This document shows, in pieces, positions 14,702 through 27,255 of a DNA stretch of 64,000 nucleotides. The notes below the pieces were generated by a model. The model saw only the letters and a program-made list of their open reading frames with translations, did no database searches and had not been told where the DNA came from. Numbering within the stretch: the stretch's first letter is position 1; every line of letters starts with the position of its first letter. Origin of the DNA: Podarcis cretensis (taxonomy: Eukaryota); NCBI GenBank assembly GCA_951804945.1, contig OX638152.1:46500001-46564000 (forward strand), read 5' to 3'. The position numbers and the translations under genes are program-made.

Positions 14702-15547
14702 TACTAACTGTGAATTGTTCACTTCAGATTCTTTATCTACCATAACCTAGATATACAAGTGATTCACTGAATTGTAGCCAGTGTTTTTTAGAAACATGTA
14801 ATTCCTTGAAACATTTTAAAATTATGTTTCACCCTGGAATACATCTCCCTGTCCCCAGCAAGGTGGCACTCCATAGATCAATGTTTAGGAGATCAGTATT
14901 TGTAATGGTGTAGCCCTGGGGTTATCAACCCAGGACCTGAGGGTATCATGGCCTTTGGAAATACATTAATTAACTTCTCCAGGGGGCCCTAAACTCTGGA
15001 CTTTTTTTAAAAAAGAAAGTCTCTGGTTCTGGAAAGTTATGAAGCAAGATGTGCAAGTAACCTAAGAGATTACTGTTAATTCAGCCAGTCTAAGCTGCTC
15101 CCAGCTATCAGTGCTTTTAGCCAGTGAGTATAACTTTGTTGCACACCAGGCAAAGGGAATCCCTGGGGTCCAAAAGAGATATTTCTCCCTTCCACTGAGT
15201 GCATTATATCTTCTTTTTCTGTCTTCACTCTTTTCTAGAAATCCATGTAATCTCCATCGTTTGCCCTCCTTTCCCCCCTAGCAACCAGGAAGCACCTTCC
15301 CTATGATTCATTTGTCTGAGACCAAGTACGCCCTAGAAGTTAATTTCTATTAATAGTACTACACAATAAGGGTGGGTGTTAAACAAGCCCATCCAAAATG
15401 GCAACTGCAAAATGTGGAAACTTTGCAAAAAGTCCCCTACTGTGCAGAAGCTGGTGTCCAGGCACTTATTCACTGTACATTTAGCATACAGTACAGCAGT
15501 ATACATGTCTACTTCAGAAGTAAGCTGTATATGTTTAATGGGGCTTA

Positions 15548-15905
15548 AGTAAAGGTAAAGGTACCCCTGCCTGTACGGGCCAGTCTTGCCAGACTCTAGG
15601 GTTGTGCGCTCATCTCACTCTATAGGCCGGGAGCCAGTGCTGTCCGCAGACACTTCCGGGTCACGTGGCCACGTGACAAGCTGCATCTGGCGAGCCAGCG
15701 CAGCACACGGAACGCCGTTTACCTTCCCGCTGGTAAGCGGTCCCTATTTATCTACTTGCACCCGAGGGTGCTTTCGAACTGCTAGGTTGGCATGCGCTGG
15801 GACCGAATGACAGGAGCGCACCCCGCCGCGGGGATTCGAACTGCCGATCATGCGATCGGCAAGTCCTAGGCGCTGAGGTTTTACACACAGCGCCACCCGC
15901 GTCCC
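15548..15905 (-). mobile_element. Full-length Sauria SINE
   Basis: Reverse strand starts GGGACGCGGGTGGCGCTG, B box GTTCGAATCC, (ACCTTT)n tail; perfect 14-bp TSD tttaatggggctta at 15534-15547 and 15907-15920. Confidence 0.95.
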
Positions 15906-15957
15906 TTTTAATGGGGCTTACTCGCATTTATATGGGTATAGGATGGTAGGCTTAGGC

Positions 15958-16093
15958 CAGACATGGCCAAATTTGGCCCTCCAGTTGTTTTGGGACTACA
16001 ACTCCCATCATCCCTAGCTAACAGGACCAGTGGTCAGGGATGATGGGGATTGTAGTCCCAAAACAGCTGAAGGGCCAAGTTTGGCCATGCCTG
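15958..16093. mobile_element. Short palindromic hAT MITE (136 bp)
   Basis: Near-complete fold-back CAGACATGGCCAAATTTGGCCCT...AGGGCCAAGTTTGGCCATGCCTG; 8-bp TSD gcttaggc / gcctaggc. Confidence 0.9.
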
Positions 16094-18604
16094 GCCTAGG
16101 CTTTGGTTTATGGCTGGTTTGGGGGAAAACAGGGTTATTGTGCCTGTAACAGCCATATAATCTACAATCGGGATTGGCAAGATATACTGTGGTTGACTTC
16201 CAATGGTAAACATTAGATGTTCTGGCAGGGGATGGGGTAGAGGCGAGAATTAGCAATGACTGTCTTCCCTTTAATTTTGTGTTAGGCCATGCCCCCACGG
16301 CAGTCTTGTTGTGCTATTCCAGGCTCTTCATTTAAAACATTTTGTGACTAGCACCTACAGCCTCCTATCAAAAATTGAAATGCTCCAGCTAGTCTACAGA
16401 GTTTGGTGACCCCTGGTGTAGCCTGTTACTACAGTATAGGATTGAATTACATTCACTGCTGATGCTCATCATATTCAAGGATCAGTATTTTAAAGAATGT
16501 ACATCAATACTAAAAAACAAAAAACAAAACCCACTTGCACAGTTCCAAAAATGTAACTATTTATTAAAGTCTAAACATAGTCATTGTGATTTATGGGTGT
16601 ACGAGCTAAAATATGAGATTTGAGAAATGAGTGGATCCCTTGAAATTCACAGTACTAATTCCAGCTGAGCTCAGAAGAATTGTAGGAGGCAATAATATAT
16701 CCCTATGTTGACTACTTTGAATTCCTGAGGACACCACACCCTTGTTCGTAAGTGAATCTTTGCAACTCATTACTGAGTAAGTGTACTGAGATCATAGCCA
16801 AAGAGTAGAATTATGGAGGCATTTGTGCCATAGAATTATACAAATAACATTGTGAAAGGCCTAATGGTAAGATACCATATAATTATGTGTTAATTTAAAA
16901 GCCCAAATTTGAAGACAAAGATAAAGCTGATTAAATTTTAATGGAAACTGAATTTATTTTTTTAAAAAAAATAAATAAATAAAATAAAAAATACTGTAGC
17001 AATAATAGGGAAACATTTATGCCATAATTGATCATTTATAACTTGCAACAATAGTTTTGAAGTGTTAATTTATCTTTTTGTAACGAGGATAAGCAAGTTT
17101 TACTATTAACATTTCCTAAATAAACATACATTTCATATGAATATCCATTTTGCAATGAATGTATGGATTTTAGTTCCTATTCTAGATACTTATGCTATTT
17201 TGCAGGATAGCAGCACATATTGTAATAAAAAATGAAAGCTATGACACATTCAAATGTACCCTGAGAAGCTGACCAAGCTCTGAAGTCTGACTCTGTTCTT
17301 AATTGCAAGGCTTTTTTTTTTATAAAAGGAGACTAAATGCAATGGAATCTGAAGTCTACATACACTTCTTTTGGGGGGAAATGGAGAATGAACTATTTAG
17401 AAACTAGACGTTGCATACAGTTAGGAAAAACTATATCAAATATGGTAGTCACTTTTCTAAAATCTGAAAGAATTATTGCACATTTAGATGGCATGGGCAT
17501 ACATATTTTGCCTCAGGAAACTTAAAGAGCCATCTTATTTAAGGTTTCTGAATAAATGTTGCACTAATATTAGGGGGAAGATGTAGATTAATAGATACTG
17601 CCTTCTGTGGGGAAAGGAAATTGTCAATTGTCTGGTTTATCCAGTACTATATGGTCTTTTCTCTCTGCTGTGTGGAGGGCCTGAAAATGTGAGAAATGGG
17701 TCATTGAAAGGACACAACCACCACCACCCTCAAGGAAGGAAGGAATGTAAAAATAACTGTTATGCACAAAAAAGGCATACAGTCTGAGGTCACACACATT
17801 TGCTCAGAAAAGCAAAAATATGTTTGCTGAAAAGCCCCCCCCCCCCATTACTTGGCCAGTTGCTAGACCTTTTTGAGCGTTGTTTGTTTGTGAGGTGGTT
17901 TCAGCATGTAGAAGTAAAAATTTTCCCTTTTCCCAGTGGCTGCCATTTTATACAAATGCACCTTAGAACACTGTTATACGACAATGTCCCCTTGTTCTAG
18001 AATCATGTAGGAGGAATAGTATTGGCCTTATCCTTCCACAGTAGCAAAATTAGTGGTGGAAGGCCAAAGCAGAGGCAAATAATGAAAACGGTAGGCTTAC
18101 CTTGCCCTCCTTCCCCCACATCCTAAAATTCAAGTGAAAGATCTCATTCAGCATAATCCTAGTTATAATCTTGTCCCACTATGTTCAATGGGACTTAGTA
18201 AATAACACAATTTTGCTGGCCACAAACTCTGCCTTCCCTAAGTGAGTGGAGTCTTGCCTATAATGTCATGCTGGAAGTGGTACGTTGCTGCTGTAAGCCC
18301 AACCCAATTGTAAGACAGGCCACTATCTTCCTCGGAGCTTTACTGAGCTGCACACGAGTGGCAAAGAAACTTGTAAACCAATTATATGTCTCAGTGCTTT
18401 GCAATCCCTTTTATGGCTCAGCATGAGTCAGATTTCCCTTGAACTTCTCCACAAACTCTGTAAGGATGGTGGGGATTTCTCTTGACTCTGAGCTGTGGAT
18501 ATCCTTGGAATGCAGTTAAACATATTGCTGATTTTCAGCCTCTCTGTGGCTCAGTATGAATTGGAGAGATTCTCCACACCCTTCTCCAGAGCCTGAAGGG
18601 AATA

Positions 18605-18846
18605 TAGTGGTACCTCGGGTTACAGACACTTCAAGTTACAGACGCTTCAGGTTACAGACTCCACTAGCCCAGAAACAGTACATCGGGTTAAGAACTTTGC
18701 TTCAGGATTAGAACAGAAATTGTGCAGTGGCGGCACAGCGGCAGCAGGAGGCCCCATTAGCTAAAGTGGTACCTCAGGTTAAGAACAGTTTCAGGTTAAG
18801 AACGGACCTCCAGAATGAATTAAGTTCTTAATCCGAGGTACCACTG
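18605..18846. mobile_element. Tc1/mariner (Tigger-like) MITE
   Basis: TIRs (c>t)AGTGGTACCTCGGGTTA / TTAATCCGAGGTACCACTG flanked by TA; internal ttcaggttacagac repeats. Confidence 0.9.
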
Positions 18847-19225
18847 TAAGGGTGAGACAATCCAAAGGGTCCATTAAACTGGTGACAAAACATATTCCTT
18901 TCTCAGTGTCTCTTGTCATGATGTGTTCCAGGGAGTATCAGCAAAACAAAATACCAAGGGCTGACTAGTACCAACTTGGCATTTTTAGATCCTGGATTAC
19001 TTCCACATAAATGTGCACAGGATGACACTATTTAAGTAAGGGAGAAGGAGAATGGAGGGGATAAGAATCCTAGCAAGAAATGGTACTAAAGTGTGCAGGC
19101 AAACAGCCCAGCTACTTGTAACTTCAATAGCCCACCACTTTCAGGAAGACAGATGTCCAATGGGTTTTATGTTTGCCACCTTTGATGGGATATAAATTTA
19201 TTAAATAAGCAACACAAAATATTTT

Positions 19226-19258
19226 GGTTGTTTGTTGTTGTTGTTTAGTCGTTTAGTC
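19226..19258 (-). mobile_element. Extremely truncated RTE/BovB-type 3' tail
   Basis: ttgttgttgtttagtcgtttagtc is the antisense of the gactaaacgactaaacaacaacaa terminus. Confidence 0.55.
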
Positions 19259-20018
19259 AATATCAACAGTGCCAGAAATTCACTCTCCTTGTCTCATCCA
19301 ACTCACCATTCTCCTGCTGTCACCTTGGTGTTAAAATTAGTGCACATGAGTTGACAATGAAGAGTCGCGCTTCTCCCCAGCCCCACTTCTCCAGCTGCTG
19401 CACAAAGAAAACATTGTCAAGCTTGGCAAACGAGGGCAGGATTTTACTTAGTTTTATTGTCAACGGCTTCCTTCAGAGGGGGAAGGCCAGATAATTGCCT
19501 CCTGTAACCCTGCCTAATTCTTGTGGGTCATTTTGGCATGGTGGAATTGTTTTTTCCACATTCAGGCACTTTCACAAATTCATTACATATGAACTGAGGG
19601 GAAATTTCACATTGCAGTAAATACTAAAACCATTAAATCATCAGTATACAAATCTTCCTTCAGTTGTAGCAAAGTTAAGCAGATTTTGGGGTAGTGATGG
19701 TTGCCGCCCCCCGGAAAAAAAAACTATTTAATTATTTAAGTCATCAATAGACCTCTTACTAACAGTAGAACTTGAAGTGCTTTATATTTTTTAAAGCCCA
19801 AATATATTGTATATTTTAAACACAATCTCAATCATTTTAAGGAGGAAATTTGTGTACATAGAACCATAAGACAACACAATATCCATATACATGATAATGA
19901 TATCTATAACCAGACTTTTATGTTATTTCAATATTGTGTTTCCAGAAGCTCAGAGCAGTGCTCTCGAACCCAAACCCCAAAAACTAAATTAATATGCTAT
20001 TGAAACCTACTGCTTAGT

Positions 20019-20070
20019 AATCATAGAAATGTAGAGTCATCTAGTCCAATCCCCTGCAATGCAGGAATCT
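20019..20070 (-). mobile_element. CR1-tail/SINE 3' fragment
   Basis: aatcatagaa...gtcatctagtccaatcccctgcaatgcaggaatc, matching the tail of the 8891-9027 SINE. Confidence 0.65.
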
Positions 20071-20304
20071 TTAAAAGAGCGTTAGACAAATTCATAGAGG
20101 AGAGGGCTATCAGTGTCTACTAGCCATGGTGGTGGTGACAATGCTTCTGAATTGATGGAAACTGCAGGAAGGGAAACAGTGCTTCTGTGCTCATGCTCTG
20201 CTCCTAGTTTTCCCACAGGCATATAGTTGGCCACTGTGAGAACAGGATGCTGAACTCAATGGGCCACTGGGCTGATCCAGCAAGCTCTTCTCATGTTCTT
20301 ATGT
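20070..20304 (+). mobile_element. CR1-family LINE 3' end
   Basis: ttagacaaattcatagaggagagggctatc...ttggccactgtgagaacaggatgctg...ctcatgttcttatgtt tail. Confidence 0.8.
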
Positions 20305-22799
20305 TACTTGTACTGTCTAATGTTTACTTGAGCACAAACCCATTCCCCCCTGAACTAATGAATTTTGGCAGATGGAATATTATTACTCTTCTTAGTGCAT
20401 TTTATTGGAGACTAGCATACTACAGGTGTTTACCAGCTAATTATGGAAGTGTACTCATGCTTAACAGTAGTTAATTTTACTCTATTTAAAAGGCTAAAAC
20501 AAAAATGAGAGCACCATAGGGCTTGAGATATGCAGAACATCCCTTAAAAACCTTAATGCTTGACATTTACTACTTATGACTCAAATGTTACATTAATTAT
20601 TCTGCACTCGAATTAGTCACTGAAATAATAGATGGCTGTGTAAAAATGTATGCCATTAGTTTTTAATGTTTATATAATGCAAAATATGTATGTGTGTATA
20701 TATACATTTTCTGTAGTGACATTAGCATTCTTTGTAAACTTGCTTATAGGTTTGCAGTAGGATTTTGAAGCAGTTTTGTTTGGGGTGACCTGGTGTGAAA
20801 AGAGATTTTAAGCTCAGCCTTGCTTACTGGGCAAGGTCTACTCAGCACACCAACTCTGGGAGTGCTCTGTCTGTCTCCTCCACGAGCCGCCTTACAGTGA
20901 TTCCTTACAGTGAAGTGACTCCAGGGGTTTGGCTATATACAATTTGTGTGTATACACGTAACCCTTGGAACCAAACCCCAACAAAAGATGAGGCATTACT
21001 TTACCCAGCTTCCCACCACCACCCTGCCCCTGAATTAAGCAGTAGCTGTCCAAAAAAATACATATTTAAATATCATTTGTTTCCCTGGGAGCTCATGGAA
21101 CCCTGACTTTTTTTGTGTGATGAGCATGGTAGCAAGCCACAAGTTTGCCTCTGCCCCCACATGACATGGAAAGCATATTGCATGAAATATAATCAATGAA
21201 CATGAAGGCCTCACCCATACATAAGGCAGAAAGGGCAGTATTCATATAAAGTAATAAAACATTAAATATAAATTCCAAAACAACAACTAAAAGGTTCTTT
21301 AAAAAGTATGGTGGAATAAAAGCATCTTTGCCTGGTATCGGAAAGGGAAAGTCCTTAGGCACTACTGTAGGTGAGTATCCTTGGGGTACCACATTTGAAA
21401 ATGCTGTCACCCTTGTCTCCACCTGCCTGGCTTCAGATGGTGGGGGCAATCAAAGGAGGCTGTTATCAGTTGAACACAGTACACTGGAAGCTAAATGCAG
21501 GAGCAGGTATTCCTTTAGTTGCAAGGGCCCCAAGTCATATAGACCTGGTGCAGAGGCCACATGTGAACTATGCTGTCAGTGACCACACTCCCACCCTTTG
21601 ATTAACAAAGGCATACATATCTACAATTTTCTGTCTCCAAATTAAGGAAGACAACACTCCTTCCTACCCTACTAAAAAGGTTCGAGTGCCCACATACATT
21701 GGATAGGTTCCTTTGTACACTGCTACAACTGAAATTTATGACAGGCAAGAGAGCTCTCTCCTCTTCCTCATAGATTGTGGGCATACTTGTTTAGAATTTT
21801 CTGTTATTAAATTAAGGAAGATCTCTGTTTTCCTTATCAATAAATGAAACACAGCCTGCAGATTTTTTTAAAAAAAATGTATTCAGATTGCAAGGCAGAC
21901 AGTATTTTCTTAGCAGCATAGGTAACACTGTCTGTTGTATCAATATCCTTATGAATATGTCAGGCTTGGATTAGGGTCACTGAGGCATCTAGGTCCCATT
22001 GTGGTTCTGATAAATTAGTCAGAGTGCAGCAAGTTACGTTTTGATTTAGGAGAAGCCACTCAATACCGAATGGTGTTTTTTAATGTTATATTCCTTGATA
22101 TTTTATGAGAGGGTAGTATACACTTTTATAAACAAATAAAAAACCACTATTTTTTACTGGTCTCTGGATTGATATCATTTCCAGCTTTCCACATTAGTAT
22201 GCTTACAGAAGTGCTCTTTGTTAATAAAAATAAAGGTATAGTTGGATAGCAAATGCATGTGTGACAGGGAATTACCTTGGTTCTATTCAAACAGAGAGGA
22301 AAGGGGAAAGGCCTTGCTCTTCCCAGCAAACTAAGTAATTTTTACCCTACCAATCCTGTCTAGGTATATTGAGTAGCTGTTCATCCCATTTTGCTTGCAG
22401 GGAGTATAATCGCCTTGAATACTGAAGCTGATTATGAAAATTACTCCTAGATTACATTGCAAATGGAACATCATAATTCACTTTTTATTCTGCTTCCCAG
22501 CGTGCAGTAGGTGATGGACAATCCCCTCGCATCTTATAGTAGGTTGGGGGTGGCGGTTCTCTGAATATGATCCCATCACTCTGCTCAGCAGGCGGATAGA
22601 TCCTTTTCACACTGTAGCACATCTCTTGTATCTCCTTCATTCTTTACACTTCACATCTCCAGGTTTGGAATTGAGCTTTTTCTACTGCTAAAAAAGAACA
22701 ATATATTCAATAAGCCATCTGTTTCATGCTGTTTTCTTGTATATCCTAAATATGTTTTGTGTTTCGATAAGATTGCTGTACATTTTATTATTATTATTT

Positions 22800-23105
22800 T
22801 TATACCACTTTTCTGAAAGAATACCATACAAAGCAGTGTATAGAATTAAAAGCATATTCATTTTACTTTTGTTCCATTTTATGTTCCAATTTATTTATTC
22901 CATGTTTTCTTTTCTTTTTCTTTTGTTTGTAGTTGTATCTGGTAAGTTGAAATTTTATTGGCCATCTTCTAATCATCGTTATCCCTGTGAACGGAACATC
23001 TCTCCCTCTTTCCATCCATACCCCTCCATATTCGTCAACAAATCAGCTTCCATCTTTCACTTATAATTGATTGGACAGACTGCAAAGAGCAGAGTCTGCA
23101 TGAAG
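22800..23105 (+). promoter_or_regulatory. Splicing-regulatory region around the 9-nt microexon: YCAY (NOVA) clusters and TGCATG (RBFOX)
   Basis: About 5 YCAY in 22805-22903, 7 YCAY in 22962-23060, TGCATG at 23097-23102. Confidence 0.7.
22933..22941 (+). CDS. ROBO1: ROBO1 9-nt alternative microexon in the Ig3-Ig4 linker (orthologue of mammalian exon 6b), adds V-V-S
   Basis: Long T-rich tract + tgtag|TTGTATCTG|gtaagt (consensus donor); phase 1-1; same intron and size as the mammalian VGS microexon; flanking YCAY clusters. Confidence 0.9.
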
Positions 23106-24519
23106 TATGGGTAATTTTTGTGGCAAGCATCAAAGGTAATGGCTTGCTTATTTATATCTGTTTTAATTATGTTTTTTTCTTATTTCTAAGTTGTGCGTCT
23201 GGTCCATTCTCACCTTGATACATTCCAAGTGCACTAAGGTGTGCAAGTCCTTGATAGTAAAAAAAAAAAATGTTGCACATGAATCAAAGGAGTAAAATTT
23301 TGTTTTTGAATCTTATACTTCATTTTTTCATATCCGCTGTTCAAGAGATTTTTTTAAAAATAAATACTTTGCATTCCTTTCTTTTTATTGCTAATATTGA
23401 TAACAACAGTTAGGGTTATTAAATTTAAAAATGTAGTTTAGTTGACTAAAGTTTGAATCGGAATTTAAGATGTTTCATGAGCTTGAAGGCGGACTGCAGA
23501 GGCAAACCATATTCATCGTCCCTGTACCACCCCTTGGAGAAAACTGCCTAATCTTCTAGCTGCCTTGAAATCTAGCAGAAATAATGAGTTTGTATTTTTA
23601 ATAGTGGCATCACTGTGATGTTGCTTGAACTATAACTGAGGGTAATGCCTGAAACATATCTGTACAGCTTTTAAGGTTTTGGTTATGTTGATGAAATGTA
23701 ATGAATTGATCAATTTAAAGCCTAATGAAGTAAAATATTTTTCATTATTTTGCAGCTCTTACAATAACAGCAGAGTGTATCTGGGCCCATTCCAACAGTT
23801 ATAGTCACCACTTTATGGTGCCTGCAGCATTAAGTATAGCAAAAGTGAGAGTTAAGGAAATAGCTGCAGCATACATTGCTGTGCACTTCAGAATTCAGTA
23901 AATGCTAAAGCACTTTGAATTATGATATAATTACTTGTTGGATAATGTTAATGGAGCTTTGGCGGTAGTATAAATAGTTGCTAAATGGATTTGTTGGCAA
24001 TTGCATCAACAGAAAAGGCAGCCAACTTAATGAATTGAGAATGTGGATATTAATCCATACTTTCAGACATGAATGAAAGTGGTCGTATGGTTTCATCACT
24101 GTGCATCCAAATTGCAATTCTACCGTATTCTTTTATTGCACCACCACATTCTAAAAATGAACAGAGCAATACATATACCCACCCACACACCCCTACCTCT
24201 TTTGAGGTATGCTGGATTCACGTTGTTTAAATTACATTCAGTGCAGGTTTGGAGAACTAGTAATGTGCTCCTATGTAAGTGTTGCTGATGATCATCTGCA
24301 TGCTTGTCAGACTACTACTTAAACATAAAGCTTTAATGAAAGAAGCTAAATGAAAGTATCATCATGACAGAAGATAAGTGTAAAAAATTGTGCATGGAAA
24401 GGCAAATTCTCTTTTAAAGTCATCCAAGTTAGTGGTCATTGCTGCCTTCTGTGGTGTAACTATGTGCTGTGTGAAGAAGCAATTTATTTCATCCAGCAAA
24501 TGCTGTTCATGAGTTCTGC

Positions 24520-24522
<3 letters not shown>

Positions 24523-24572
<50 letters not shown>
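24523..24572. repeat. (GA)n microsatellite, about 25 units
   Basis: Direct reading. Confidence 0.98.
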
Positions 24573-24576
<4 letters not shown>

Positions 24577-25068
24577 CTCTCCATCCACTTTCAAAGTGAC
24601 TTAAGGTATCTCTGAGTAGACATGCGTACAATTGTATTGTTAACAATACTGTGAATTTTTAATGAGTGCCAGGACGTCAGCTCCTGCACAGCAGCAGGCA
24701 TGCTTAAATCTATTTGCAAAGATTTCACATTTGCCTTTTGTGGGAGGGGGAGAGGGAATTCTTTAACATTTACCCACATTTATTGTGCTGTAATATTTAC
24801 ATAAAGTAACTTATAGGGAGCTCCTGATTTCAGATGAAGCCACCACAGGAAAGATGCATCCTGGTTGCTGGTGATAAAGGAAGGCAAAACTATGGCGATA
24901 CCAAAGACAAAAACAAAGGAAGGGAAAACGGCAGCTCTTTAGGGCCATAAGAATTTGTATTTTCTGGTGTCCAAACAAATCACTTATCAATCAATTCTCT
25001 GACTTCATTCATTGGCTATAAAAACTCAGGTGGGAACAGCCAAGCTGGCTCATTTCACAGAAATCACT

Positions 25069-25235
25069 TACCGTATTTTTCGCCCTATAGGACGCACTTT
25101 TTCCCCTCCAAAAATGAAGGTGCGCACCGACCCCTCTCGCTCTCCAGGCTTCAGGAAGCTATCCGCAAGCCTTGGGAGCCCGCGGGAGTTCCCTAGGCTT
25201 GCAGATAGCAGCCTGCACTCTGAAGCCTGGGGCTG
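25069..25235. mobile_element. Tc2/pogo-like MITE fragment
   Basis: TA + CCGTATTTTTCGCCCTATAGGACGC terminus; internal hairpin ccaggcttcag...ctgaagcctgg; right terminus not found. Confidence 0.6.
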
Positions 25236-27099
25236 CCCTCCTACTTGGAAGTGCCAATGGCCACTGTTCCAGGCACCATGGTTCCCAAAGTCACTGTGTT
25301 GTTGACCCCCATTTTAGAATCTACCTTGTCAGAAGATTTTTAATCTTTAAAGTATCACAAGCCTCTTTGTTCCTTTTGAAGTTACAGGCTAACATGATTC
25401 ACTCCACGAGGAGAAATTCCTGATGTTAGTTTAAAAAGTTTTGGACAGTTAAAGTTCTGTAAATCTCGGTGGTCGTCCCCTCTTTCATTCGTATGGTTCT
25501 GTAACACAAATGTGCAAATATTTATCAAGAGAGGGATTGCTACATTGACATTATTACAGCAATTTAGCCTTGAAAGTAGTCTACATTAAAGTGTATAGTC
25601 TCTTAGTGAGAAGCTGGTACAACTTTGTGAACAGAGGAGCATTGTAGATCGTTCCTATCTTAGCGGACCAAAAATTCCACTGACTAGCATCACTTTTCAT
25701 CACTATTCCTAACACCCAAAACCCTCCACAAACAATAAACCTCAATATTACTAATCCTTGTTTGCCTTGTTAGTACACGTTCCATATTCTTTTGTAAGAG
25801 TTTATAAATATAAAATCATATATTTTCCCACCACCACACGATTTCCTCGGGCATCCACAGAAAACTAATTTGCTTGCACTAACCAAAAGACTTCATAAGG
25901 CAATTTTGTTCTTCAGAAGTCAGACTTTTAATACTTAACATAAATCTGATAGTCTAGAATCAATTTACCTAATGCTGAACTTTAGACAACCTGGTTTTCT
26001 GTGAATCTCATCACAATATAAGCTATTTATACACTTAAAAAAACAACAACACCCTGCCCATATCTTCCCTAAAAGAATTTCAAGTTTTGTGATTCCTTGG
26101 CATTCATGCTACAGGCAACTATAACAAAATACCAACAATATAAAGTGTTTTTGGATAAATAATGATGGGGGGGGGGTCTTAAAAGCCCAACCTACATTTG
26201 ATTGTGAGATGCCTCATCACAATTAGTAAGGGTTGAGAAAAATTCTTCTTTTAAATAGTAGAGTGAAAGATCTGAAAAATATAAATCAGCAATATCTCAT
26301 TTAAGCCATTGTTTCTGCAGCATAAGAGGGTAAGCTGAAACAGGGTTTTAAAAAGAATATTTTCTACTCTAGTTCAGTCACTGTGCCTAATATACTTAAC
26401 TGCCATAGCTTAATGCAACTGACATAATTTTTGACGTTCTATTTACTGCTAGATGAAGTGGCCATTTAAGTCTGTATAAATCAAACAGTTTGGACAATGC
26501 TGGCAGTATTTATAATGTCACGATGAGCAGATGTTTCAAATTTGCCTTCATTTACATATATATTTTGTTTGAACATGCCCTTGCCTATGTAAATGAAGCA
26601 GGCATTCTGCTTCACCGTTGCTTTAAATTCATTCCTCTTCAGTAATTGCATTGAAGATTTTTAAATGGTTATAATTTACTCAGTAGCAATCCTAGGGCTT
26701 TTGAGTTAAATTGAATTTTTTTCTTGAGCATTTCATCCTACATCAGAAATCAAGCCTCTTATGGAAGCTATTAAATGACTTCTGAACTACAGTAAATCAA
26801 AGATGATGACTTTTGTGTATCTAACCCCTGAATTTGCAATCATTTTGTGGTTTTTACTTTAAGAGTACATAGTACAGTGATGTGAGGGAATTTTTCTTTT
26901 CTTATGCTGTGACTGATAAAAATGCCTTCAACCTTTTGTCCTACCAGCACTTTACCACCAACATCAGCCCTTGTTAAAACAGTGTTGAACCTGAGCACTA
27001 GTCTTTATTTTAAAAAGGACCTTTCTGTGTGTGGTAGATGTAATGCACAAGACCCTTAACAGAAAACCATTCACCTCAGCTACGAATTAATCGGTGTAA

Positions 27100-27255
<156 letters not shown>

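Noticed and set aside
18605-18846. Short spaced repeats (ttcaggttacagac, ggttaagaac) resembling a CRISPR-like array
   Set aside because: Internal repeats of a TA-flanked Tc1/mariner MITE in vertebrate DNA; no unique spacers or cas genes
22737-23066. 109-aa hydrophobic ORF as a membrane peptide
   Set aside because: Artefact of the T-rich tract around the 9-nt microexon; non-ATG start
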